Part shown: piece after piece, positions 24,751 to 36,029 of the stretch
How the letters are laid out: the number at the start of each line of letters is the position of its first letter
Numbering within the stretch: position 1 is the first letter of the stretch
Assembly: GCA_950097015.1 (NCBI GenBank)
Contig: CATNEN010000026.1
Location: 248,001-312,000, forward strand
Length of the DNA: 64,000 nt
Origin: Macrostomum hystrix
Taxonomy: Eukaryota > Animalia > Platyhelminthes
Reading direction: 5' to 3'
Program-made: the position numbers and the translations under genes
Notes under the pieces: model-generated
Told to the model about the DNA's origin: nothing
Databases searched by the model: none
Seen by the model: only the letters and a program-made list of their open reading frames with translations

Positions 24751-25706
24751 GTCTAAACTGGTTGCTTAAAAAATGATTTGGCCATAGACAATAAAACAAA
24801 TCTGTGTAGCAAATTCTTACAACAAATGCTAGAATAAACAGTATTTTTCTGACCGTGAATATGTCCTTAAAGGTGAAATGTCCGATAAATGTCACGTGAT
24901 ATGTCCGATATCACGTGACAAGGCAACAAATGCAGAATGATGATATCTGCTGCATGGTGAAACTGCTTGACACGGCCTGCTTTGAAAAGCTAGCCTTTAG
25001 TGCAAATTGAAAACAAAATTCCATTGAGCTTTGGCCTCATTAAAACAAGCAAATGGCCTTTTTTAGGAAATTGAGAAAATCAGCAAAATGAAACAATGCC
25101 GGGTGGCAAATGCTCTCAGCGCATGGCCCTTGGGGATAAAAATCAATCATTTTCTAAGAAAGTAATCAGTGGACCTACAGAAAACACTCACAGTGCCAGC
25201 TTTTTTTTCTGTTTTCGAGTGTGCTTTAAAATATTTTAGTGTTTTTTCAGCTTCAACTGCCTAATTAGATCGAGGCATTGTTTTGAGAATTTTCCGTTGC
25301 ATCGTAGCTATAGTCACTCAGCTACAGCCGGGGCTCCCTGCCTGCTTTCAATAGACTAAGAATAGACAGGCATTTTTTACTGACATGCCAGCTGCGTTCG
25401 GGATTTTCGTGAATGTGAATTCCCATTTTGCCTTTGGTTGGCCAAGCACTGCCAATGTGCAATCAGCTGTGCCGTTTTGCTTTTGTTTACATTTGAAAGA
25501 GAGAATCATAACTTATTTGGAGCTGAGAGAGAGACAGCGAATAGTCAACTGATTCAATTGCCGTTGCCTGGAGCAGTCTGCATGCAAATACTAATTTAGT
25601 ATTATGTACTCGTAGCCATAGATTTACAGACTTTACACAGATTGCCAACTAATCCCCGCATGTTGAAGTTAACATAAATCGGATTTAAGATGTAAGTGTA
25701 TCAGCA

Positions 25707-26173
25707 GGTGTCAGGATAGTCAGCAGATGTGTCAGGATAGTCAGCAGATGTGTCAGGATAGTCAGCAGATGTGTCAGGATAGTCAGCAGATGTGTCAGGA
25801 TAGTCAGCAGATGTGTCAGGATAGTCAGCAGATGTGTCAGGATAGTCAGCAGATGTGTCAGGATAGTCAGCAGAGGTGTCAGGATAGGTACAGTCAGAAG
25901 AGGCGTCAGGATAGGTACAGTCAGCAGAGGTGTCAGGATAGGTACAGTCAGAAGAGGGTCAGGATAGGTACAGTCAGCAGAGGTGTCAGGATAGGTACAG
26001 TCAGCAGAGGTGTCAGGATAGGTACAGTCAGCAGAGGTGTCAGGATAGGTACAGTCAGCAGAGGTGTCAGGATAGGTACAGTCAGCAGAGGTGTCAGGAT
26101 AGGTACAGTCAGCAGAGGTGTCAGGATAGGTACAGTCAGCAGAGGTGTCAGGATAGGTACAGTCAGCAGAGGT
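25707..26173. repeat. Compound minisatellite, 21-bp units switching to 27-bp units
   Basis: gtgtcaggatagtcagcagat changes to gtgtcaggataggtacagtcagcagag. Confidence 0.96.
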
Positions 26174-26734
26174 ATTCAGTACCCAGTACTATAAAAGATT
26201 AGATATAAATTTAATCACGCGAGGCCAGTGAACTCTCAGAGGACCTAATCAAAGTTTGTCATTCTGACTTCATTCCTTTATCAATATTGGTTTAAGCGAC
26301 TTGAAAATATTTTTTTCGCTTTTTGTAGACGGTCGGAAAATCGGCGCAAATAGATTTTGAGATCTCACACTCCGCGCTTAACTATGGGGATTTTGATAGG
26401 GGAAATATTGACAGTAGTTATTATTTTAAAATATCCGATAACTTGAAGCTTCCAATTAGCTAAATTCGATTTAGCTCCAAGGTAAGTCAGGGAAGTCTAA
26501 AAAAGTCTGTGTCGAAATCCCGCATCGTCATTGGCCCGTCGAATTTTAAAACTTCCCCACTCCGCTTAGGATAAATTTCTGGTCGCTAAAACAAATCTAA
26601 CCCGCGCTATCTGACCAGGAATCGCAGCTTGAGCATTTGAAAACATTCCATCGGCTGGTAAATTTACCGCTCGTTTTAAACAAATCAAGTGAGATATTAG
26701 TTATGCATTCTGCCGCAATGCTTCACTTTGCCTA

Positions 26735-27048
26735 TATGGGATAGTCTAGCAATCCACTCTAAACTCGAAACTGAACTAGCCCTATGGGATAGTCTAGCAA
26801 TCCACTCCAATCTCTAAACTGAACTAGCCCTATGGGATAGTCTAGCAATCCACTCTAATCTCTAAACTGAACTAGCCCTATGGGATAGTCTAGCAATCCA
26901 CTCCAATCTCTAAACTGAACTAGCCCTATGGGATAGTCTAGCAATCCACTCTAATCTCTAAACTGAACTAGCCCTATGGGATAGTCTAGCAATCCACTCC
27001 AATCTCTAAACTGAACTAGCCCTATGGGATAGTCTAGCAATCCACTCT
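26735..27048. repeat. 48-bp tandem repeat upstream of the neuropeptide exon
   Basis: ccctatgggatagtctagcaatccact(c/t)aatctctaaactgaactag, about 6 copies. Confidence 0.96.
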
Positions 27049-27162
27049 GAGCCTGTACTTAATTCCCCCGAATCCCAAGTGGAAGATTATGAAGCATTCT
27101 CCACCTCAACTTGCAATTCAGCCAGCCCGAAAATCACTCGCAGCAACTCAAAAACAGCCGCG

Positions 27163-27410
27163 ATGAAGAAGTGCTCAACAGTCCAGCTTCTCCTTCCCCT
27201 ACTGCTAGTGCTGGCCGCAGCACTGTGGAGTCCGGTTCAGAGTCACCCAGCCGCCGAGGTGGCCGAAGCCGACGCTGTCGCCGGTCCATTGATGTCCCCG
27301 ACGGAGGCTGAGGAGGCGATGCTGCTGGCGCTGCTGATGCAGAGGAGCGGGTTGAAGGCAGACAAGAGGGGCTTCAGGAACAGCCTGCGCTTCGGCACCA
27401 ACTACGGAAG
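27163..27410 (+). CDS. Neuropeptide precursor, first coding exon (predicted peptide GFRNSLRFGTNY-amide)
   Basis: Signal peptide MKKCSTVQLLLPLLLVLAAALWSPVQS, acidic/Ala spacer, KR cleavage site, 12-mer peptide, then Gly-Arg split by the donor GGAAG|gtgggg (phase 2). The next exon is not identified. Confidence 0.72.
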
Positions 27411-27435
27411 GTGGGGACTGCGGATTGGTGGAATC

Positions 27436-27808
27436 CAATGGATTGCTAGCCTATCCGATGAGGGAATAGGGAGAATGGATTGCTAGCCTATGCGATGAGG
27501 GAATAGGGAGAATAGGGAGAATGGATTGCTAGCCTATGCGATGAGGGAATAGGGAGAATAGGGAGAATGGATTGCTAGCCTATGCGATGAGGGAATAGGG
27601 AGAATGGATTGCTAGCCTATCGGATGAGGGAATAGGGAGAATGGATTGCTAGCCTATCGGATGAGGGAATAGGGAGAATGGATTGCTAGCCTATCGGATG
27701 AGGGAATAGGGAGAATGGATTGCTAGCCTATCGGATGAGGGAATAGGGAGAATGGATTGCTAGCCTATCGGATGAGGGAATAGGGAGAATGGATTGCTAG
27801 CCTATCCG
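27436..27808. repeat. 37/47-bp tandem repeat downstream of the neuropeptide exon
   Basis: gggagaatggattgctagcctatcggatgagggaata units. Confidence 0.96.
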
Positions 27809-28794
27809 ATCCGATTGAAATTTCAGATAAGCGTAATCGCTGGCTGTTTGCTGGTCCCAGAGCAAAATAGGCCAGAACTGTCTCATTGGCCTGCTTGTCG
27901 GCAACATTCATAAAACCTTTGTGCCGTGGAAAAGTAACACTATGACGACAGATCGAGCACGGCAACTGGAAAAGTCGAATCTGTACTAACAATATTTATC
28001 TGCAGAACCTTTAATAATGTCCATCACTGTTAAATACACTGCAGCCCAAGAGCTGTTAAAAATGTGTTGCTAAATACTCAAACTGCATGAAACTAGACTC
28101 CCGTAATTTTCTCAATTTTCAAGGACTTCTAAATAAAACATCTCCAATAATTAGATCGATGCTATATTGTGAAAAATGACTTGTAGACATAATAAACTCG
28201 CCGTTAATTAGCTGTCTATGGTCGAAACAACTCAGTTGCCCAGAATCTGGGCATCCAGAAAGCAACCGAGGAAATTTTACTTTATGGAAGTTCGATGGAA
28301 AACGAATAGAGATCAAATTTTGAGAGAAATATAAATTTTCGGAATACAGTCTCCAGGGATATTACAGATCAGTTACAGCTGAATTGCATCCCAAGCCAAG
28401 TCAGAACCGCAAGTTCTAGGTGTCGAATCTCTTCATGTTGGCAGACCTGGACTTATTTCGATTGAAGAGTCAGTTTTTTACAGTCATGAAGGAGACCGTG
28501 ACCCATTTAGCGGACTGAGTCTGTCGGGATTCTAATCAGGGTCTCCATTCCCCGAGTCGGAATTCAGATCAGTTATCACCGACGGTCTCTTCATGAATAA
28601 ATTAAGTTGGGACAGTTCATTTTTTAGATTCTAGACGTCAAGTTGTCAAAGATTCTCAGATACTCAACCAGTGCTTTCGTTGGAGCTAAACAAAAGATGA
28701 TTGAGGGGGCTCTGCCACAATCAGCTGTGAGTCTGCACTCCAAAATGCAAATCTCGGGCGATAATAAAATATCGAAAAACTGCGGCATACAGTA

Positions 28795-29606
28795 GGTTGG
28801 GTAGGTTGGGAGAGACAGTCAGGTAGGTAGGGGGAAACTGTCTGGTAGGTAGGGGGAGACAGTCAGGCAGGTAGGGAGAGACAGTCAGGTAGGTAGGGAG
28901 AGACAGTCAGGTAGGTTGGGAGAGACAGTCAGGTAGGTAGGGGAAACTGTGGTAGGTTGGGGGAGACTGTCTGGTAGGTAGGGGGGAGACTGTCTGGTAG
29001 GTTGGGGGAGACAGTCAGGCAGGTAGGGGGAGACTGTCTGGTAGGTAGGGGGAGACTGTCTGGTAGGTAGGGGGAGACAGTCAGGTAGGTAGGAGAAACT
29101 GTCTGGTAGGTAGGGGGAGACTGTCTGGTAGGTAGGGGGAGACAGTCAGGCAGGTAGGGAGAGACAGTCAGGTAGGTTGGGAGAGACAGTCAGGTAGGTT
29201 GGGAGAGACAGTCAGGTAGGTTGGGGGAGGCAGTCAGGTAGGTAGGGGAGACAGTCAGGTAGGTTGGGGGAGGCAGTCAGGTAGGTAGGGGAGACAGTCA
29301 GGTAGGTTGGGGGAGGCAGTCAGGTAGGTAGGGAAAGCTAGTCAGGTAGGTAGGGGAGACAGTCAGGTAGGTTGGGGGAGGCAGTCAGGTAGGTAGGGGA
29401 GACAGTCAGGTAGGTTGGGGGAGGCAGTCAGGTAGGTAGGGGAGTCAGTCAGGTAGGTTGGGGGAGGCAGTCAGGTAGGTAGGGGAGACAGTCAGGTAGG
29501 TTGGGGGAGGCAGTCAGGTAGGTAGGGAGAGACAGTCAGGTAGGTAGGGAGAGACAGTCAGGTAGGTTGGGGGAGGCAGTCAGGTAGGTAGGGGAGACAG
29601 TCAGGT
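28795..29606. repeat. G-rich minisatellite of about 22-24 bp
   Basis: gagacagtcaggtaggt(a/t)ggg units. Confidence 0.95.
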
Positions 29607-29868
29607 GGCAGGAGAGGCAAGTTAGGGAGTGTCACAGGTGAAGGAATGAGTGGGTAGGCAGGTAACAAGGCAGGCAGCGATAGCAGTGAGGCGGTCATGC
29701 ATCCTGACTCAGGACAGAAGTAGCAGACAAAAGCAGTTAGTTTCAAGCAGTTTCAGTGTTTCAGAGCAAACACGGTCTGGGTGGAAAGCAAATAGCTCTG
29801 CAGAGCAGACAATGGGAGGAGATGCAGGCTCGGTTCTAGGCAAGCGATATCCCAGCCGGATGTGACGC

Positions 29869-32614
29869 CTAGACTTTGGCAGCGACGGTTAGAAGGGCTT
29901 CATTGAATAGCTGGGGATTGACATCTACGCCATCGACAAGTTGTTTGACGACTTTGCGCAATCTGGGAGGGGAGCGAGAAATATTATTCTAATCTGAAAG
30001 AGATCTGTCCTAAATCCAATACCTTCCTACCGCCCTAACTTTTCTCCTCTCGAGCTAGAAATGCTGGGTGGCAGCCTAGGATTAATGAAAGTTATTTCAG
30101 CTTCAGTTAAAGAAAATATGTCAGCTGTTGACTCACAGAACGCCTCCTGTTAGCGAGCTCAGCCAAATTATTGCTGGCTTACCTGAGTCGGTGTTTGCCG
30201 TGCTTAGGGATCGAGAAAATTTGTGACTCGCGTGAGGAGAGGTAAGAAAGGAATGAGAGGAAATGGCACTTTTAAGTCATGGCAGGGGATTGTATGATAA
30301 TGTTGACGAGAGGTACGTTACTGTTAAAACTTTACAATATATTAAGTTTTTTTTCTCAGGATACTTGATACAAATACTCATCATACTACTACTGCATTTA
30401 AAATTAAGTAGTAAGCCAAAGATGACCAAAACCGAAACAAGATCACTCATGAACGTTTTTTGCCAACAATACCGCCATTCTTCCCCAAGAATATTCCATT
30501 CATCCCCTGAATCTCCGATTCATCCCCTAGAATCTCCCATACATCCCCTAGAATCTCCCATTCATCCCTAGAATCTTCCATTCATCCCCTAGAATCTCCC
30601 ATACATCCCCTAGAATCTCCCATACATCCCCTAGAATCTCCCATTCATCCCTAGAATCTTCCATTCATCCCCTAGAATCTCCCATACATCCCCTAGAATC
30701 TCCCATTCATCCCTAGAATCTTCCATTCATCCCCTAGAATCTCCCATACATCCCCTAGAATCTCCCATTCATCCCTAGAATCTATAAAACGATTAAAACT
30801 ACTGGGTAGCCAGACGAATTTGGGATCAATCGACTCGGACCTTTGCAAGGTTTTTGATCCGTATTTACAGTACAGATCAGAAAGACTTCCGTACAGGTAG
30901 TTTCGTATTTGCTCAGGTTCTTATAGCGGTCATCGTACGACACATACAGCTTTCTTCCTCTCGTTATTTTTATTCGAGGATAAGGACGGAAAGTAACTTA
31001 AAATAAATCTGAATGACTTTTTAAATTTGCTCGTAGGAAAAGCTTTTCCAAAACACTGGCAATATAAGACTTGGTGATATGGCATTCAACAAGGCATGAA
31101 AATTGATCAGAGGGTTCGCCGAGGAGACAGACACAAAGACAGATCAGGAGACAGACTAAGACAGACAAATACAGACAGACAAAGACAGGCAGACATATTA
31201 GGACACAGATAGACAGAAAGAGGAAGACAGGCATACAAAGAAAAACGGTCAGACAGACAGACAAAGAAAGGCTGACAGACAAAGACAGGCAGACAGACAA
31301 AGACAGACAGACAGACAAAGACAGGCAGACAGACAAAGACAGACAGACAGACAAAGACAGGCAGACAGACAAAAGACAGGCAGACAGACAAAGACAGTCA
31401 GACAGACAAACAAAGACAGGCAGACAGACAAAGACAGACAGACAAAGACAGACAGACAGACAAAGACAGGCAGACCGACAGACCGACAGACAAAGACAGG
31501 CAAACATATTAGGAGACAGACAGACGAAAAGACGAAGACAGGCATACACAGGCAGACAGGCAGTCAAACAAAGACAGGCAGACTGTCTTGAACAAAGTGC
31601 AGAAACAGCGGTGCTAATTTCTCACCTATGCGAACCAGTGTAAAAAATGACAAATAAGCAGACATCTACAAATAACAAGCGATGGAGCAAGCGGTGCCGT
31701 GTTACTCCATTGGCAACTGTGGACAAAGAGTCTTAATGTGCATTTGTTTATGAACAGTGTAAAGTAGATAACTATGTAATTGATATGATATTGCCAAAAG
31801 CAGCTATGCCGGAGTGAAAACTAAACACAGATTCAGCAACAGCAGCAACAACAGTTACAACAATTTAGTTAAAAAAAACAGCAAAACAGACTTTTAAATT
31901 GACCAGCAGGACGAGGGCGCACAGGGTTGGATAGCTAAACTCACCTTGTTGCGTTGCAACAACTCAAACTGTGTACGAGAGAGCGGCGACAGACAGTGAT
32001 TAACTGAGCACGATTGCATATATACCATTTCTGCTTCAGGGATTTTAACAGTTAGGCGGAGCTGCAATCCAATAACAAACATACTTGCCTCATACTTCTA
32101 ATGGGATTATTGCAGCTGGGAAGGGACGCAATGGGATTCTTGCAGCTGGGAAGGGGCGCAATGGGATTCTTGCAGCTGGGAAGGGATGCAATGGGATTCT
32201 TGCAGCTGGGAAGGGATGCAATGGGATTCTTGCAGCTGGGAAGGGACGCAATGGGATTCTTACAGCTGGGAAGGGATGCAATGGGATTCTTGCAGCTGGG
32301 AAGGGATGCAATGGGATTCTTGCAGCTGGGAAGGGACGCAATGGGATTTTTACAGCTGGGAAGGGACGCAATGGGATTCCTGCAGCTGGGAAGGAGCGCA
32401 ATGGGATTTTTGCAGCCGATCCAGGTGTGACCTAGCTCTAACAGTAATTGATCTAGGTGTTCTTTAACTTAATTTACTTAACTAGAAATAGGAATTGAAT
32501 GCAGTAACTTGTTTGTTTGGAAGGATCCAGTGGGAAATTTACAGTGCAGATCCCACTCAATGCCTAGTGATGTAACAGTTACCAGGCTAGCAATCCACTC
32601 GTTATTAGTGAGGA
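29869..32614 (-). CDS. Unidentified multi-exon gene; candidate exons 32614-32583, 32061-31945, 31716-31626 and terminal 29962-29869
   Basis: Each segment has a strong acceptor/donor and an open frame (LTNNEWIASL|LRLTVKIPEAEMVY..LLQRNK|gtgagt; ANGVTRHRLLHRLLFVDVCLF..|gtgaga; ctcccag|LRKVVKQLVDGVDVNPQLFNEALLTVAAKV*). Only the first two link in phase, so the full structure is unresolved. Confidence 0.4.
30497..30782. repeat. 21-22 bp minisatellite
   Basis: atcccctagaatctcccat(t/a)c units. Confidence 0.93.
31110..31585. repeat. Degenerate (GACA)n/gacagacaaa simple repeat
   Basis: Visible low-complexity array. Confidence 0.9.
32096..32415. repeat. 30-bp minisatellite
   Basis: aatgggattcttgcagctgggaagggacgc units. 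Confidence 0.95.
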
Positions 32615-33491
32615 CTTGAAATAAAATGTCTATAAAGCAAGGGGAAATGGACTTGACTTGAGATTGAATGGAAAAGTCGCGCGTACATTAGCGGGTTAAT
32701 TCAGGGGTTAAATAAAAGAAAAATTAGCGGAAAGAAATACAATAGCGTTGAAAACGCGACAAATGAGATTAAGCAGGACAATGGACTACCTGCGTGTTGG
32801 GTGGCAAATAAATTATAAGTGCAAGGCATCACAATTCGTATACACGCACAAACATATAAGTTTAATCAAAAAAAGCGCGCATACTACTTTTAGTACTTTA
32901 TATAGGCCTACTAATATACACAGTTATGCATATGCGTATTAGACATATAAGAACCTAATTTTAGACCGGAATGCAAGGCAGAGTGCAGATTGAACGAATT
33001 GCAGATTCTGGACAGCGCTGCTGCGACAAAAAACTGATTGTACTTTTACTTCAATTAACACACAGGCGTTACGTAATCATCTACAAGCAAACTAACAATA
33101 GATTTTCCGATTCTGAGATTTAATTTGTTTTACTTCAGATTCTGTCTGAATAAAGAATTGTGGAGTTCATGGAGCTCAAGGTATGCTTTATCAGCCAGTG
33201 TTTACCCTAAACGTAAAATATTTGTTTGACAAACTAAAAAAAGACTGACTTGACAACTAAAATGTTACAAGCTGATTAACAGACACGAGTCGTGTGTAAA
33301 AAGCTACTAAGACAGATTAAAAAATAATGCAAACTGCTGTATGGTCGGGAGTAGAAAGAATACTTCATGGGGTCTAACAATTTGATGATGTTATTAAAAA
33401 ACACAGTTAAGAGCACAACAATTGGTCCACGTGGCATTTTAATAGATTAAAAAACTAACCATTTAGCGGCTTATCTTTCATATAATCGATC

Positions 33492-35987
33492 GAGGTGTGA
33501 CCTAGCCTTGATAATAATTGATCTAGATGCGAACTGGTCCAGATGTGACCTAGCCTTGATAATAACTGATCTAGGTGCTAACTGATCCAGGTATGACCTA
33601 GCTTTGATAATAATTGATCTAGGTGCAAACTGGTCCAGGTGTGTGACCTAGCCTTGATAATAATTGATCTAGGTGCGAACTGATCCAGGTGTGACCTAGC
33701 CTTGATAATAATTGATCTAGGTGCGAACTGATCCAGGTGTGACCTAGCCTTGATAATAACTGATCTAGATGCAAACTGATCCAGGTGTGTGACCTAGCCT
33801 TGATAATAATTGATCTAGGTGCGAACTGATCCAGGTGTGTGACCTAGCCTTGATAATAATTGATCTAGGTGCGAACTGATCCAGGTGTGTGACCTAGCCT
33901 TGATAATAACTGATCTAGGTGCGAACTGATCCAGGTGTGACCTAGCCTTGATAATAATTGATCTAGGTGCGAACTGATCCAGGTGTGTGACCTAGCCTTG
34001 ATAATAACTGATCTAGGTGCGAACTGATCCAGGTGTGACCTAGCCTTGATAATAATTGATCTAGGTGCAAACTGGTCCAGGTGTGTGACCTAGCCTTGAT
34101 AATAATTGATCTACGAGTAGGTGCGAACTGATCCAGGTGTGACCTAGCCTTGATAATAATTGATCTAGGTGCGAACTGATCCAGGTGTGACCTAGCCTTG
34201 ATAATAACTGATCTAGATGCAAACTGATCCAGGTGTGTGACCTAGCCTTGATAATAATTGATCTAGGTGCGAACTGATCCAGGTGTGTGACCTAGCCTTG
34301 ATAATAACTGATCTAGGTGCGAACTGATCTAGGTGTGACCTAGCCTTGATAATAACTGATCTAGGTGCGAACTGATCCAGGTGTGACCTAGCCTTGATAA
34401 TAATTGATCTAGGTGCGAACTGATCCAGGTGTGTGACCTAGCCTTGATAATAACTGATCTAGGTGCGAACTGATCCAGGTGTGACCTAGCCTTGATAATA
34501 ATTGATCTAGGTGCGAACTGATCCAGGTGTGTGACCTAGCCTTGATAATAACTGATCTAGGTGCGAACTGATCCAGGTGTGACCTAGCCTTGATAATAAT
34601 TGATCTAGGTGCAAACTGGTCCAGGTGTGTGACCTAGCCTTGATAATAATTGATCTAGGTGCGAACTGATCCAGGTGTGACCTAGCCTTGATAATAATTG
34701 ATCTAGGTGCGAACTGATCCAGGTGTGACCTAGCCTTGATAATAACTGATCTAGGTGCAAACTGATCCAGGTGTGTGACCTAGCCTTGATAATAATTGAT
34801 CTAGGTGCGAACTGATCCAGGTGTGTGACCTAGCCTTGATAATAACTGATCTAGGTGCGAACTGATCTAGGTGTGACCTAGCCTTGATAATAACTGATCT
34901 AGGTGCGAACTGATCCAGGTGTGACCTAGCCTTGATAATAATTGATCTAGGTGCGAACTGATCCAGGTGTGTGACCTAGCCTTGATAATAACTGATCTAG
35001 GTGCGAACTGATCCAGGTGTGTGACCTAGCCTTGATAATAACTGATCCAGGTGCGAACTGATCTAGGTGTGTGACCTAGCCTTGATAATAATTGATCTAG
35101 GTGCGAACTGATCCAGGTGTGACCTAGCCTTGATAATAACTGATCTAGATGCAAACTGATCCAGGTGTGTGACCTAGCCTTGATAATAATTGATCTAGAT
35201 GCAAACTGGTCCAGGTGTGACCTAGCCTTGATAATAACCGATCTAGGTGCAAACTGATCCAGGTGTGTGACCTAGCCTTGATAATAATTGATCTAGGTGC
35301 GAACTGATGCAGGTGTGACCTAGCCTTGATAATAATTGATCTAGGTGCGAACTGATCCAGGTGTGACCTAGCCTTGATAATAATTGATCTAGGTGCGAAC
35401 TGATCCAGGTGTGTGACCTAGCCTTGATAATAACTGATCTAGGTGCGAACTGATCTAGGTGTGACCTAGCCTTGATAATAACTGATCTAGGTGCGAACTG
35501 ATCCAGGTGTGACCTAGCCTTGATAATAATTGATCTAGGTGCGAACTGATCCAGGTGTGTGACCTAGCCTTGATAATAACTGATCTAGGTGCGAACTGAT
35601 CCAGGTGTGTGACCTAGCCTTGATAATAACTGATCTAGGTGCGAACTGATCCAGGTGTGTGACCTAGCCTTGATAATAACTGATCTAGGTGCGAACTGAT
35701 CCAGGTGTGTGACCTAGCCTTGATAATAACTGATCCAGGTGCGAACTGATCTAGGTGTGTGACCTAGCCTTGATAATAACTGATCTAGGTGCGAACTGAT
35801 CCAGGTGTGTGACCTAGCCTTGATAATAACTGATCTAGGTGCGAACTGATCCAGGTGTGACCTAGCCTTGATAATAATTGATCTAGGTGCGAACTGATCT
35901 AGGTGCGAACTGAACCAGGTGTGTGACTTAGCCTTGATAATAATTAATCTAGTTGCGAACTGGTCCAGGTGTGACCTAGCCTTGATA
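33492..35987. repeat. 2.5-kb satellite of 48/50-bp units, each with an internal ACCTAG..CTAGGT inverted repeat
   Basis: gtg(tg)tgacctagccttgataataa(t/c)tgatctaggtgcgaactgatccag, about 50 copies. Confidence 0.98.
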
Positions 35988-36029
35988 AACAGATAAATAG
36001 ATACAGTTAATTACCAAGAAAAAGGTGAG

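Noticed and set aside
29650-29865. Second exon of the neuropeptide precursor (contains RR and GKR)
   Set aside because: Purine-rich upstream sequence gives no credible acceptor that preserves Gly-Arg, and the segment lies just past the stop of the opposite-strand gene.
33492-35987. CRISPR-like array (palindromic ~48-bp repeats)
   Set aside because: Units are contiguous with no unique spacers, there are no cas genes, and the context is eukaryotic.
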